Assembly (NCBI GenBank): GCA_963839635.1
Contig: CAWIVT010000003.1
Location: 3,187-67,186 of the forward strand
Direction: 5' to 3'
Source of the DNA: an uncultured Chloroflexia bacterium
GTDB taxonomy: Bacteria; Chloroflexota; Limnocylindria; QHBO01
Length of the DNA: 64,000 nt
Made by a program: the position numbers and the translations under genes. The number at the start of each line of letters is the position of its first letter. Positions within the stretch are counted from its first letter, which is position 1. The notes under the pieces were generated by a model that saw nothing but the letters and a program-made list of their open reading frames with translations, searched no databases and was not told where the DNA came from. Positions 42,833-51,994 of this stretch are shown here, piece after piece.

Positions 42833-43575
42833 CGCTCGTCACCCGCTTCTCGGCGCGTGACCGTCCGCAGGAACCGGTATCCGACGCCTCGCACGGTCCC
42901 GATAAACCTGGGCAGGCTTGCCGGGTCGTCGAGCTTCCGGCGCAGCCGCCCGAGATGGACATCGACCGTGCGGTCGATGACGCCCGGGTCGTCTTCCCCA
43001 TGCAGCACAGAAATGAGCTCGTCGCGCGAGAAGACGCGCATCGGCCGTTGCATGATTGCGTGGAGGAGCCTGAACTCGGAGGCGGTGAGGTCGACCGCGC
43101 GGCCATTTACGCTGACGAGCATCCTGTTCGGGTCGAGCTCGAGGCGGTCGGCGGCAAGAACCGGCAGGTCGGTCGTCGGGGCGTGGCGGCGGCGCAGCTG
43201 GGCGCGAACGCGCGCCATGAGCTCGCGCGGGCTGAAGGGCTTCACGATGTAGTCGTCGGCTCCCAGGTCGAGGCCGACGATCTTGTCCGAATCCCCACTG
43301 CGCGCCGTCAGGAGCACGATCGGCGTGTCCGTCGTCTCACGCAGCTGCCTGCAGACCTCGAGCCCGTCGATCCCGGGCAGCATCACGTCGAGCAGGACGA
43401 GATCGAACCGGGATGTGCCCGCGGCACGCAGCGCGGCAGCACCGTCGATCGCCTCGACCGGACGATACCCATCGCGCTCGAGGTACAGGGTCAGCAGCTC
43501 CCGGATCCGCTCGTCGTCGTCGACAACCAGGATCCGCGCGCCGGCGCGTGGCCTCGTCGGTGGCCGGATCGTCAT
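42829..43575 (-). CDS. OmpR-family response regulator
   Basis: ILVVDDD, LDVMLPGIDG, ADDYIVKPF, RTVDVHLGRLR, TVRGVGY. Confidence 0.93.
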   Translation of the reverse strand: MTIRPPTRPRAGARILVVDDDERIRELLTLYLERDGYRPVEAIDGAAALRAAGTSRFDLVLLDVMLPGIDGLEVCRQLRETTDTPIVLLTARSGDSDKIVGLDLGADDYIVKPFSPRELMARVRAQLRRRHAPTTDLPVLAADRLELDPNRMLVSVNGRAVDLTASEFRLLHAIMQRPMRVFSRDELISVLHGEDDPGVIDRTVDVHLGRLRRKLDDPASLPRFIGTVRGVGYRFLRTVTRREAGDER

Positions 43576-43579
43576 GCGC

Positions 43580-44272
43580 TCAGCCAACCACCTGCGGCAG
43601 GTTCGACCAGAGGTCCCACGCCCCGACCGCCACCAGCGCTGTCCCGAGTGCCACCTGCAGGGGCCGCTCCCAGCGCAGCGCGGCCCGCGCCATGTCGCGA
43701 CCGCGGGCCTGGCCGACGATGCCGAGCACGAGCAGCGGCAGCCCGAATCCGACGCCGAAGGCGGCGAAAAAGCCGAGCTGACGCAGCGCGTCGTCGAGGG
43801 TGAGGGAGGCGACGAAGATGCCGATGAGGAACGGCCCGGAGCACGGAAGCGCGATGGGCGCGAAGAAGAGCCCGTAGAGGAACGAGCCGGCCAGCGGCCC
43901 TGCGCCGCCGAGCGCTCGTGGCGACGGCTGCGGCAGCATCGCGAACGGATTTCGCCCCGCAAGGAGGAGGATCCCGAGACCGATGAGCACGAGGTCGATG
44001 ATCGGCAGCGCGACGCGCAGCACGCTCCCAAGACTCAGTGAGAGGAGCGCGAGTACGGCACCGATGGCGACCATCCCGACCACCACGCCGAGCCAGACCA
44101 ACGCGGCCGCGATCGCCGCCGGTGGACGCGAGGTCGATGTCGCCGCCGTCTCACCGGCGGTCACGAGGCTGGGCGCCGTGATGTAGGCCAGGAAGCCGGG
44201 ATAGAGCGGCAGGACGCACGGCGTGATCGTGGCACCGATACCGGCCGAGAGCGCGATGAGCAGGTCGCCCAC
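43580..44272 (-). CDS. ccdA: CcdA/DsbD-type transmembrane electron transporter
   Basis: TPCVLPLYPGFL and LPCSGP redox Cys pair; six TMs. Confidence 0.88.
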   Translation of the reverse strand: MGDLLIALSAGIGATITPCVLPLYPGFLAYITAPSLVTAGETAATSTSRPPAAIAAALVWLGVVVGMVAIGAVLALLSLSLGSVLRVALPIIDLVLIGLGILLLAGRNPFAMLPQPSPRALGGAGPLAGSFLYGLFFAPIALPCSGPFLIGIFVASLTLDDALRQLGFFAAFGVGFGLPLLVLGIVGQARGRDMARAALRWERPLQVALGTALVAVGAWDLWSNLPQVVG

Positions 44273-44275
44273 GGT

Positions 44276-44917
44276 TCAGCCGCCCGCGAGCTCGGCGAGC
44301 AATGCCTCCGCGCTCCGGGTCCCCTGGCCGAACTCGAGGGGTCGCACGATCCCGCCCGGCTCGATCACGATGAGCGGCGTCGAGGGCGGGTTGGTGACCG
44401 CCACGCCGAATCGCTCCTGGAGGAGTCGATACAGGTCCGCATCGGCCACTGCGAAGCGCCAGTCGAAGCCCTCGCGGTCCGCGTAGGCCGCGAGGTCGGC
44501 GGCCGACTCGGAGAGGTCGACGTCGAGCGAGACCGACACGAACGATCCGTCCGGGTGGGCTCGCTTCACCTCGTGCTGCTGCGCGCGGCAATTGCTGCAC
44601 CACACGGCCATCGGCTCCAGGAGCACCGGCTGGTCGGCCGAGAGGTCGGCCAGGGTGAACGACTCGCCGCTTCGCACGTCGGTCAGCGTCACCGCCAGGA
44701 GCGGGTCCGCCGTCGTGGACGCCGAGGGAGCGGCGCTCGCGGATGCGTCGTCGGTGGCCGCCGGAGCGCCCGTTGCGCTCGAGGACGCTGGCGCAACGGC
44801 GCTGGGGGATTCGCTGCGCGACGCCGCTGGCGGATCGACCGTCTCCGGCGCCGGACTACATGCGGCCATGACGATCGGCAACACGATGAGGGCGAGCGGT
44901 CTGAGGTGTCGACGCAT
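44276..44917 (-). CDS. Thioredoxin-like (TlpA/redoxin) lipoprotein
   Basis: Lipobox VMAAC, Ala/Ser linker, AVWCSNC, cis-Pro region PSTPLIVI. Confidence 0.85.
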   Translation of the reverse strand: MRRHLRPLALIVLPIVMAACSPAPETVDPPAASRSESPSAVAPASSSATGAPAATDDASASAAPSASTTADPLLAVTLTDVRSGESFTLADLSADQPVLLEPMAVWCSNCRAQQHEVKRAHPDGSFVSVSLDVDLSESAADLAAYADREGFDWRFAVADADLYRLLQERFGVAVTNPPSTPLIVIEPGGIVRPLEFGQGTRSAEALLAELAGG

Positions 44918-44939
44918 GTGGGGACCCTATCGGCCTGGT

Positions 44940-44994
44940 GTGTCGGTCGTGTGACGGCCGCCGCATCGTCGCACGAACGTGACATCTCCGTCAT
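44940..44994. promoter_or_regulatory. Two outward-facing 11-bp-spaced direct repeats (candidate OmpR-family boxes)
   Basis: Minus strand CGTCAC-N5-CGACAC (44956-44940), 10 bp upstream of a TAGGGT -10; plus strand CGTGAC-N5-CGTCAT (44978-44994). Confidence 0.45.
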
Positions 44995-45051
44995 CGGCCC
45001 GACAAGCCTGCGCGAGAGGCTGGAGTTCCATTCACGCATCAGGAGACAGAT

Positions 45052-45441
45052 ATGCGCCAACGACTCATTCTCGCGGCCACCCTCTCGGCCGTCGTCGCCC
45101 TCGCCGTGGCAGCCCCAGCCGGGGCCAAGGAGTTCGGCACCGTCTATGTCGACAACGTTCCGTATCGGACCTTTGCCAACCCAGCCCGCGTCGATCCGGG
45201 CACGGGCAGGGATCCGATCATCTCGTTCACGAACTTCGACCAGGGCGGCGTTGCTCTCCACGCGCCGGGGAAAGGGTCGCACGGCGGCCGCTGGGCCGTG
45301 ACGATGGCGACCTGGACGGAGGGCACTCCTCGCCTGGTCACTGACTACCAGGAGATCATCGAGCTGGAGGAGGCGGGCGAGCTGATGCTCGTGCGGGCGC
45401 CCGAGGCGGACTTCCGCTGCCCGATCCTGCCCAACGGCTGA
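45052..45441 (+). CDS. Small secreted hypothetical protein
   Basis: AGGAG SD, signal peptide, GGRW.V..W and C-terminal FRCPI; single Cys. Confidence 0.75.
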   Translation: MRQRLILAATLSAVVALAVAAPAGAKEFGTVYVDNVPYRTFANPARVDPGTGRDPIISFTNFDQGGVALHAPGKGSHGGRWAVTMATWTEGTPRLVTDYQEIIELEEAGELMLVRAPEADFRCPILPNG

Positions 45442-45462
45442 CGAACCAGGCCCGCGAGCAAA

Positions 45463-45492
45463 CGCCCCTCCCCGACGGATCGGGGAGGGGCG
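45463..45492. terminator. Hairpin terminator between convergent genes
   Basis: Perfect 13-bp stem CGCCCCTCCCCGA-cgga-TCGGGGAGGGGCG; short U run on the minus strand. Confidence 0.75.
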
Positions 45493-45519
45493 CTCGGTTG
45501 CGCGAAGGGTCGGATCGGT

Positions 45520-46740
45520 CTATTCGCCGCCTGGCGTGACCTCCACCTCGGCCTTCTCGAAGTCGTCGCCGGTCGTGTCCCCCTCGATCCCGTCGAGCGC
45601 GGCCTGCGCCAGATCGGTCCGGAAGGCGTCATCCGACGGCTCTTCGGTCAGGATCTCCGAGTCGAGGCTGATCTGGACGGTTTGGTCCCAGAGCGCCTCG
45701 TCCAGGATGCCGATCCCGTCGGGGGATGGCCAGATCAGCGCATTGATCTCGTTCATCATCCAGTGCTGGTGACCCTCACCCAGGATCGTGCCCTGGTCGA
45801 GGACGATCTCGACGCACTCGTCGGGATTGTCGCGGCAGTGCATCCAGCCCTCGAACGAGGCGCGCAGGAAGCAGGTCGCGATCTGCTCGTTGGCAACGCC
45901 GTCGGTGTCCCCGGCGAGCCAGGACTCACGCGCGATGATGTGGTCCTGGAGCATGGCGGCCCCGACTTCGTTGAAGTCGATGATGTTGAGATCCTCGAGC
46001 TGGTAGAGCTCGCCCGTGTCCGGGTTCTCGGTCTCGAGCACCTGGGCCATCTCGTTGTAGGTCATCGCCTCGGCGGCGTCGATCTCGCCGTTGAGGAACG
46101 CGACCATGTCGAAGTTCTGGGTGACCTGCTCGAAGTCTGTCCCGGGCTCGAGCCCGGCCTGCCGCGCGGCGGCGACGACCTCGAACTCGTTGCCGAAGCC
46201 CCAGGCGCCGACCTTCTTGCCGGCCCAGTCCTCCGGTGAGGTGATTCCGCTGTCGGCGAAGCTCACCTCGACCGTGCCGGAGCGCTGGAAGACCTGCGCG
46301 ATGTTGACGAGGTCGGCACCCTCCTCGCGAGCGACGAGCACCTTCGGGACCCAGCCTCGCCGAACTCGGGGCCGTTCGGGTCGGCCACGACCTGCTGCGG
46401 CGCGATGTCGGGGCCGCCGTCGAGGAAGCGTGACGTCGAGCCCAGCCTCCTCGTACATGCCGAGGTCCTTGGCGGCGAAGTAGCCGGCAAACTGCGCCTG
46501 CGGCACCCACTGCAGCTGGAAGTCGACAGCGATCGTGCCGCCGAGAGCCTCAGTACCGCAGTCGCTGGTGGCCGCCGGCTCGGAAGCGGCCGGCTCGGAG
46601 CCGGCGGGCTCGGACTCGGCGGGGTCGGATTCGGCAGGTGCCTCGGTCGGTGTCGCGTCGCCGGTGCCACCCGTCCCGCACGCCGCGAGCACCAGGCCCA
46701 AGACCATCAGGATGGTGAATATGCGCCAGGAATGCTTCAT
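45520..46740 (-). CDS. ABC substrate-binding lipoprotein, NMT1/THI5 (pyrimidine) type
   Basis: Lipobox VLAAC, QLQWVPQAQFAGYFAA, AMTYNE, HQHWMMNEI; compensating indels about 46350-46430. Confidence 0.9.
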   Translation of the reverse strand: MKHSWRIFTILMVLGLVLAACGTGGTGDATPTEAPAESDPAESEPAGSEPAASEPAATSDCGTEALGGTIAVDFQLQWVPQAQFAGYFAAKDLGMYEEAGLDVTLPRRRPRHRAAAGRGRPERPRVRRGWVPKVLVAREEGADLVNIAQVFQRSGTVEVSFADSGITSPEDWAGKKVGAWGFGNEFEVVAAARQAGLEPGTDFEQVTQNFDMVAFLNGEIDAAEAMTYNEMAQVLETENPDTGELYQLEDLNIIDFNEVGAAMLQDHIIARESWLAGDTDGVANEQIATCFLRASFEGWMHCRDNPDECVEIVLDQGTILGEGHQHWMMNEINALIWPSPDGIGILDEALWDQTVQISLDSEILTEEPSDDAFRTDLAQAALDGIEGDTTGDDFEKAEVEVTPGGE

Positions 46741-46817
46741 GCCCTCCGTCCTCCTTTGTCCGTGATGTTGCGGTTCGCGGTGGTACCCGACACGGCGCGC
46801 TCGCCACGCGTCCCCGG

Positions 46818-47591
46818 CTAGGTCTGTCCCCGCATTGATGCGTGCCACGGCATCGCGACTCGCTCGATGCCGATGATGATCAGGTAGAAGCCGATGCCGA
46901 GCGCGGCGGCGACGATGATCGCGCTCCACGCCTGTGCGAAGCGCAGGAACGATGCACTCTCGACGATGATGCGTCCCAATGCAACCGTCGCGCCACCGAA
47001 GTACTCGCCGACGATGGCGCCAATGAGGCTGAGTGTCGCGCCGACCTTGATCGCTGTGAAGAAGTAGGGGAGCGCGCTCGGGATTCGCACCCGGGTAAGC
47101 ACCTCTCGCTCCGTCGCGGCGTAGCTGCGCATCAGCTCCAGGCTCGCGGCATCGGCGCTGGTCAGGCCGCGGACGGTGTTGATCATGACCGGGAAGAAGA
47201 CGAGCATCGCCACGATCATCATCTTGCTGACCGGGCTCGTCACGCCGAACCAGGCGTTCGCGATCGGTGCGAAGGCGATGATCGGGATGGCATTGGCCGC
47301 GATGGCGAACGGCATCAGGGCTCCTCGCGCCAGGGCATAGCGCGATGTGGCGAAGGCGACCACCAGGCCACCGGTGAGCCCGATCGCGAAGCCACCGACG
47401 GCCTCGATCAGGGTCGTCAGCCCGGCCGCCATCAGCAGGTCGCGGTTCGTGACGAGCGCCGCTGCGATGTCGGACGGCGGCGGCAGCAGGAATCGCTGGA
47501 TCTCGAGGGCGCGCACGGCCACTTCCCAGAGGACGATGCCACCGACGAAGACCACAAGGGTCGGGAGGTAATAGCGGAGGCGATCGGTCAT
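46818..47591 (-). CDS. ABC permease (SsuC/TauC type)
   Basis: LPPPS, IPIIAFAP, RIPSALPYFF, GAIVGEYF. Confidence 0.9.
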   Translation of the reverse strand: MTDRLRYYLPTLVVFVGGIVLWEVAVRALEIQRFLLPPPSDIAAALVTNRDLLMAAGLTTLIEAVGGFAIGLTGGLVVAFATSRYALARGALMPFAIAANAIPIIAFAPIANAWFGVTSPVSKMMIVAMLVFFPVMINTVRGLTSADAASLELMRSYAATEREVLTRVRIPSALPYFFTAIKVGATLSLIGAIVGEYFGGATVALGRIIVESASFLRFAQAWSAIIVAAALGIGFYLIIIGIERVAMPWHASMRGQT

Positions 47592-48421
47592 TGCAGCGCC
47601 TCGCGCGGCTCGAGCGAGTCGTCGGCGACGCCGGTGTCGCTCCCATGGCCCCCGGCCTTCAGGCTCTCGCGCACCTCGGTGATGAGCTCGAAGTACGGCT
47701 CGAGCTCGCGGGTTGCATCCGACCGCGGTCGCGGCAGATCGACCTCGATGATCTTCGTGATGCGCCCGGGCCTCGCGCTCATGACCACGACCCTGGACGA
47801 CAGGAAGACGGCCTCCGGGATGGAGTGCGTGACGAAGACGATGGTCGTGCCGGTCTGCTCCCAGATTCGGAGCAGCTCGGTGTTCATCCGCTCCCGAGTC
47901 ATCTCGTCCAGCGCGCCGAACGGCTCGTCCATCAGGAGCAGACGCGGCTCGAAGGCGAGCGCGCGGGCGATGGCCGCTCGCTGCTGCATGCCGCCCGACA
48001 GCTGCCACGGGTGGTGGCGCGCGAAATCGCTCAGCTCGACGAGCGACAGCATCTCGGCAATCCGCTGCGCGCGCCGCGCACGGGGCATGTCGATGATCTC
48101 GAGCGGCAGCGCCACGTTCGCCTCGATCGTGCGCCAATCGAACAGGACCGGCGCCTGGAAGACCATGCCGTAGTCACGGTCCGTCCTGGCGCGGGCGGCA
48201 GGCTTGCCGTTGACCTCCACCGTGCCGCTGGTCGGTCCTGTCAGGTCCCCGATGATCCGCAGGAGGGTGCTCTTCCCGCATCCCGACGGACCGATGAGGC
48301 TGACGAACTCGCCGGGCTGGATGGTCAGGTTGATGCCCGACAGCGCGACCGTCTGCGAGCCCTCGGTGCCGAACGTCTTGCCCAGGTCGCGGATGGCGAC
48401 AACCGAGTTCGCGCCGCTCAC
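47588..48421 (-). CDS. ABC ATP-binding protein (SsuB/TauB type)
   Basis: GPSGCGKST, LSGGMQQR, MDEPFGALD, VTH. Confidence 0.94.
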   Translation of the reverse strand: MSGANSVVAIRDLGKTFGTEGSQTVALSGINLTIQPGEFVSLIGPSGCGKSTLLRIIGDLTGPTSGTVEVNGKPAARARTDRDYGMVFQAPVLFDWRTIEANVALPLEIIDMPRARRAQRIAEMLSLVELSDFARHHPWQLSGGMQQRAAIARALAFEPRLLLMDEPFGALDEMTRERMNTELLRIWEQTGTTIVFVTHSIPEAVFLSSRVVVMSARPGRITKIIEVDLPRPRSDATRELEPYFELITEVRESLKAGGHGSDTGVADDSLEPREALQ

Positions 48422-49347
48422 GCCTCCACCTCCCGCTGGCGATTTCGCAGGACGATCATCTCGGCGATCCGGACGAGCCCGAAGAACGCGATCCCCACCC
48501 CGGCGCAGATGAACGCGGTCGCCCACAGCTTCTCGGGTCCGGAGGTGAACTGCTGGTTGAACTGGATGATCGCCCTGCCGAGCCCTCCCGCGATGCCGGT
48601 CGGCGCCTCGGCCACGATCGCGCCGACGATGCTTGCGGTCGCGCTGATCTTGAGTGCCGTGAACAGGTAGGGCAGGGCGGCCGGCAGGCGGACCTTCCAG
48701 AGCACCGACTTCCAGTCGGCCGCGTAGCTGCGCATGAGCTCGAGCGCGCGCGGGTCCGGCGATTTCAGGCCGCGGATGCCCGCGATGGTGACCGGGAAGA
48801 ACGTCAGGTAGGCGCTGATGATCGCGACGCTCGGCCAGTCACGCCCGACCCACAGGACCACCATCGGCGCCAGCGCGATGATCGGGATCGTCTGGCTGGC
48901 GATGACGTATGGGACGAGAGCACGCTCGAGCAGTCGCGAGTGCACGAACAGGATCGCCAGCCCGAGGCCGATGGCTGCGCCGAGGACGAACCCGATGGCT
49001 GCGCCGCGCCACGTGAAGACCGCCGCGTCCAGGAGGACCGCGAACAGGCTGAACTCACTGCGCCGCGTTGCCGGCTCGAAGAGCGCCCCGACGATCTCCC
49101 ACACGTGCGGCAGGTTCGTATCGTTGAGCTGCGTGATGCGCAGCGGCGGCACGTGCGGCGGATCGAGGACGATCCCGAACGCCTCGCGCCAGATCCCCCC
49201 GCCGATCCACTTCGCCGCCTCCCACACCACCGCGATGAGCAGCAGCACCACCACGAACGCGAGGATGGAGCGGATGATGCCGCCCAGCGATGCGAGCGCG
49301 CCGCCGACGTCCGCGCGGCGGCCGAACGACGCGGTGGCGCCGGTCAT
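48418..49347 (-). CDS. ABC permease (SsuC/TauC type)
   Basis: SQTIPIIALAP, RLPAALPYLF, GAIVAE. Confidence 0.9.
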   Translation of the reverse strand: MTGATASFGRRADVGGALASLGGIIRSILAFVVVLLLIAVVWEAAKWIGGGIWREAFGIVLDPPHVPPLRITQLNDTNLPHVWEIVGALFEPATRRSEFSLFAVLLDAAVFTWRGAAIGFVLGAAIGLGLAILFVHSRLLERALVPYVIASQTIPIIALAPMVVLWVGRDWPSVAIISAYLTFFPVTIAGIRGLKSPDPRALELMRSYAADWKSVLWKVRLPAALPYLFTALKISATASIVGAIVAEAPTGIAGGLGRAIIQFNQQFTSGPEKLWATAFICAGVGIAFFGLVRIAEMIVLRNRQREVEA

Positions 49348-49350
49348 CGA

Positions 49351-50686
49351 TCAGGCGACCGCGGCATCGGTGATCTCGAGCGCGCGATCGATGATCGCGA
49401 ACCCTTCGGCCAGCTCCTCCTCGCTGATGGTCAGCGGCGGGTTGGTGTGGAAGTAGTTCCACCGGGTGAACGTGTACAGCCCTTCCTCGCGGAAGCGTTT
49501 GCCGAGGGCCACCATCTCGTCGCTCGTGCCGTTGAAGGGCGCCATCGGCTCCATCGTCTGTCGGTTTCGGACCAGCTCCACGACGCCGAACAGGCCGATG
49601 CTGCGCGTCGCGCCGACGCTCGGATGCTTCGCGGCCAGCTGCTCGTGGTGGACCTTCAGCCGCTCGCCCATGCGCGCCGCCCGTTCGACGAGGCGCTCTT
49701 CCTCGAGGACCTCGATCGCGGCCAGCGCCGTGGCGCAGGCGAGCGGATGCGAGTTGTACGTGAGGCCGCCGTAGAAGACCCGGTCCTTGAAGCTGTCGGC
49801 GATCTCGCGTCGCATGCCGACCGCACCCAGCTGCACGTAGGCGCTCGTGAGGCCCTTGGCCATGGTGATGAGGTCGGGCACGACGTCCCAGTGATCGACG
49901 GCGAACCACTTCCCGGTGCGGCCGAAGCCCGCCATGACCTCGTCGGCGATCATGAGGATGCCGTATCGGTCGCACAGCTCGCGCACGCCCTGCAGGTAGC
50001 CGTCGGGCGGGACGAGCACGCCGTTGGTGCCGACCACCGTCTCGAGGATGAACCCGGCGATCGTGTCGGGGCCCTCGAGCTGGATCGTCTCCTCCAGGTT
50101 CGCGCAGCGCCAGGTCGGCCGAATCCCAGCCGCGCTGGATGCCGTGGTAGGGATCGAGCACGTGGACCACGCCCGGAATGCCCGGCTCGGCGGCCCAGCG
50201 CCGCGGGTCGCCGGTCAGGGTGATCGCCCCGGCGGTGCCGCCGTGATACGACCGGTAGCGGGCCATGATCTTGTGGCGCCCGGTGTAGAAGCGGGCGAGC
50301 TTGATCGCGTTCTCGTTGGCCTCGGCGCCGCCGTTGGTGAAGAAGAAGACGTCGATGTCGCCCGGCGTGATCTCGGCCAGCTTCGCGGCCAGTCGCGCTC
50401 GCGGCTCCGTCGCCATGAACGGGTTCGCGTAGGCAAGGACCTCGGCCTGGCGCTTGATGGCCTCGATCACCTTCGGGTGCCCGTGCCCGATGTTCACGCA
50501 CATCAGCTGGCTGTTGAAGTCGAGGTAGCGCTTCCCCTCCGGCGTCCAGAAATAGGAGCCCTTGGCGCCCGCCACCGCGATCGGGTCGACCTTGTTCTGC
50601 GCCGACCACTCGTACAGGGTGTGGCGCTTGGTCAGGGCGATCATCTCGTCGCCCGTCATGCTGCCTCTTTCAGTCTCGATCGCCAT
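49351..50686 (-). CDS. Class III aminotransferase (beta-alanine/omega-amino acid type; frameshift near 50105)
   Basis: YLDFNSQLMCVNIGH, FTNGGAEANENA, SYHGGT, ADEVMAGFGRTG, PLP lysine MAKGLTS. Confidence 0.9.
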
Positions 50687-50778
50687 GGAGTGTGCACAGC
50701 CTCCGCTCGGACGTCTCCCCCGAACGCCGATTACACCACACGTCGCAACCGCGCGGTCTCGGGCGTACACTCGGCCCC

Positions 50779-51198
50779 ATGACGCTCGCAACGCGTCGTC
50801 GCTCCGGCAGCCCGGCCTCCGAGGAGGCGGTGGCCGCGGCGCGGGTCGTCCTCGGCCTGACGATCGGTGTCGGCGGCATGGCCGCGATCATGGGTGCGGG
50901 CTCGGACCAGCTCCTCGTCATCATCGCCCTCCCGACCAGCGTGCTCGTCGTGGCGCTCCTGCGCGGGGCTGTGTCCGTCGCCGGGTGGGCGGGTGCTGCG
51001 GTCTGGGCGGTGCTGCTGCCGTCGGCGCACGGCGAGGCTGTCCTTGCCCCGCTTGCCATGGTCGTGCTGTGCCTCGCGATCGCCATCGGTCCCGATCGGA
51101 TCACGTCGTGGGTCGGCCACGACTTCGCCGGGCTCCACGATGGGGACGGACGCGCCCCGGATGGCTGGATCGAAGAGGACGGCCACCCGGTCAACTGA
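50779..51198 (+). CDS. Hypothetical membrane protein
   Basis: Four hydrophobic segments; TACACT 7 bp upstream of the ATG. Confidence 0.65.
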   Translation: MTLATRRRSGSPASEEAVAAARVVLGLTIGVGGMAAIMGAGSDQLLVIIALPTSVLVVALLRGAVSVAGWAGAAVWAVLLPSAHGEAVLAPLAMVVLCLAIAIGPDRITSWVGHDFAGLHDGDGRAPDGWIEEDGHPVN

Positions 51199-51204
51199 GC
51201 GGCG

Positions 51205-51990
51205 CTACAGCCCGGCGATGAGCCCGCCGTCGACGGCGACCATCTGGCCGGTGATGTACGACGCATGGTCGGAGGCCAGGAACGCGACGAGCGCTCCGAG
51301 CTCCTCCGGCCTTCCATAGCGGCCGGCCGGGATGGTGCCGATGTGCATTGCCCGGACCGCCTCCTCGGACGTGCCGTCCCGCTCGGCGCGGCCCGAGTCG
51401 AGCTCGTGGATGCGTGGGGTGGCCAGCCGGCCCGGCATGACGCCGTTCAGCGTGACGCCCTCGGCCGCGATGGCGCGCGCCGTCGTCTTCAGCCACGCCG
51501 CCAGGACCGAACGGCCGCCGGTCGAGTACACGAGGTCCCCGATCGGCTGGCGGACCCCGCTCGAGAGGATGGCGACCACGCGTCCCCAGCGGCGCTCCCG
51601 CATTCCCGGGAGGAGTCGGGTGACGAGCTCGATCGGCGTGGCGGCGAGCAGCTCGAACGCCCGCATCCAGGCCTCGCGATCCGTGGCTGTCGGGTCGGTC
51701 GTCGGCGGCCCACCGGCGTTCGACACGATGATGTCGATGGGTCCGAACGCCAGGGCCGCGTCAGCGACCGTGCCGGCCGCCCCGGCCGTGGTCGCGTCGG
51801 CGGCGACGTGCGCGACGCGAATGCCGTGGGTTCCCCGCAGCTCATCGGCCGTCCGCGTCAGGCGCGGTTCGTCGCGGGACCAGATGACGAGGTCGCAGCC
51901 CTCCGCCGCCAGTGCGTCGGCCGATGCTCGTCCGAGGCCCGAGGTGGCGCCACCCACGACCGCGATGCGGCCGCGCAGCCCGAGATCCAT
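51205..51990 (-). CDS. SDR-family oxidoreductase
   Basis: GGATSGLG, SNAGGP, NGVMPG, YITGQ..VDGG; atypical active site YSTGGR. Confidence 0.9.
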   Translation of the reverse strand: MDLGLRGRIAVVGGATSGLGRASADALAAEGCDLVIWSRDEPRLTRTADELRGTHGIRVAHVAADATTAGAAGTVADAALAFGPIDIIVSNAGGPPTTDPTATDREAWMRAFELLAATPIELVTRLLPGMRERRWGRVVAILSSGVRQPIGDLVYSTGGRSVLAAWLKTTARAIAAEGVTLNGVMPGRLATPRIHELDSGRAERDGTSEEAVRAMHIGTIPAGRYGRPEELGALVAFLASDHASYITGQMVAVDGGLIAGL

Positions 51991-51994
51991 GCGC

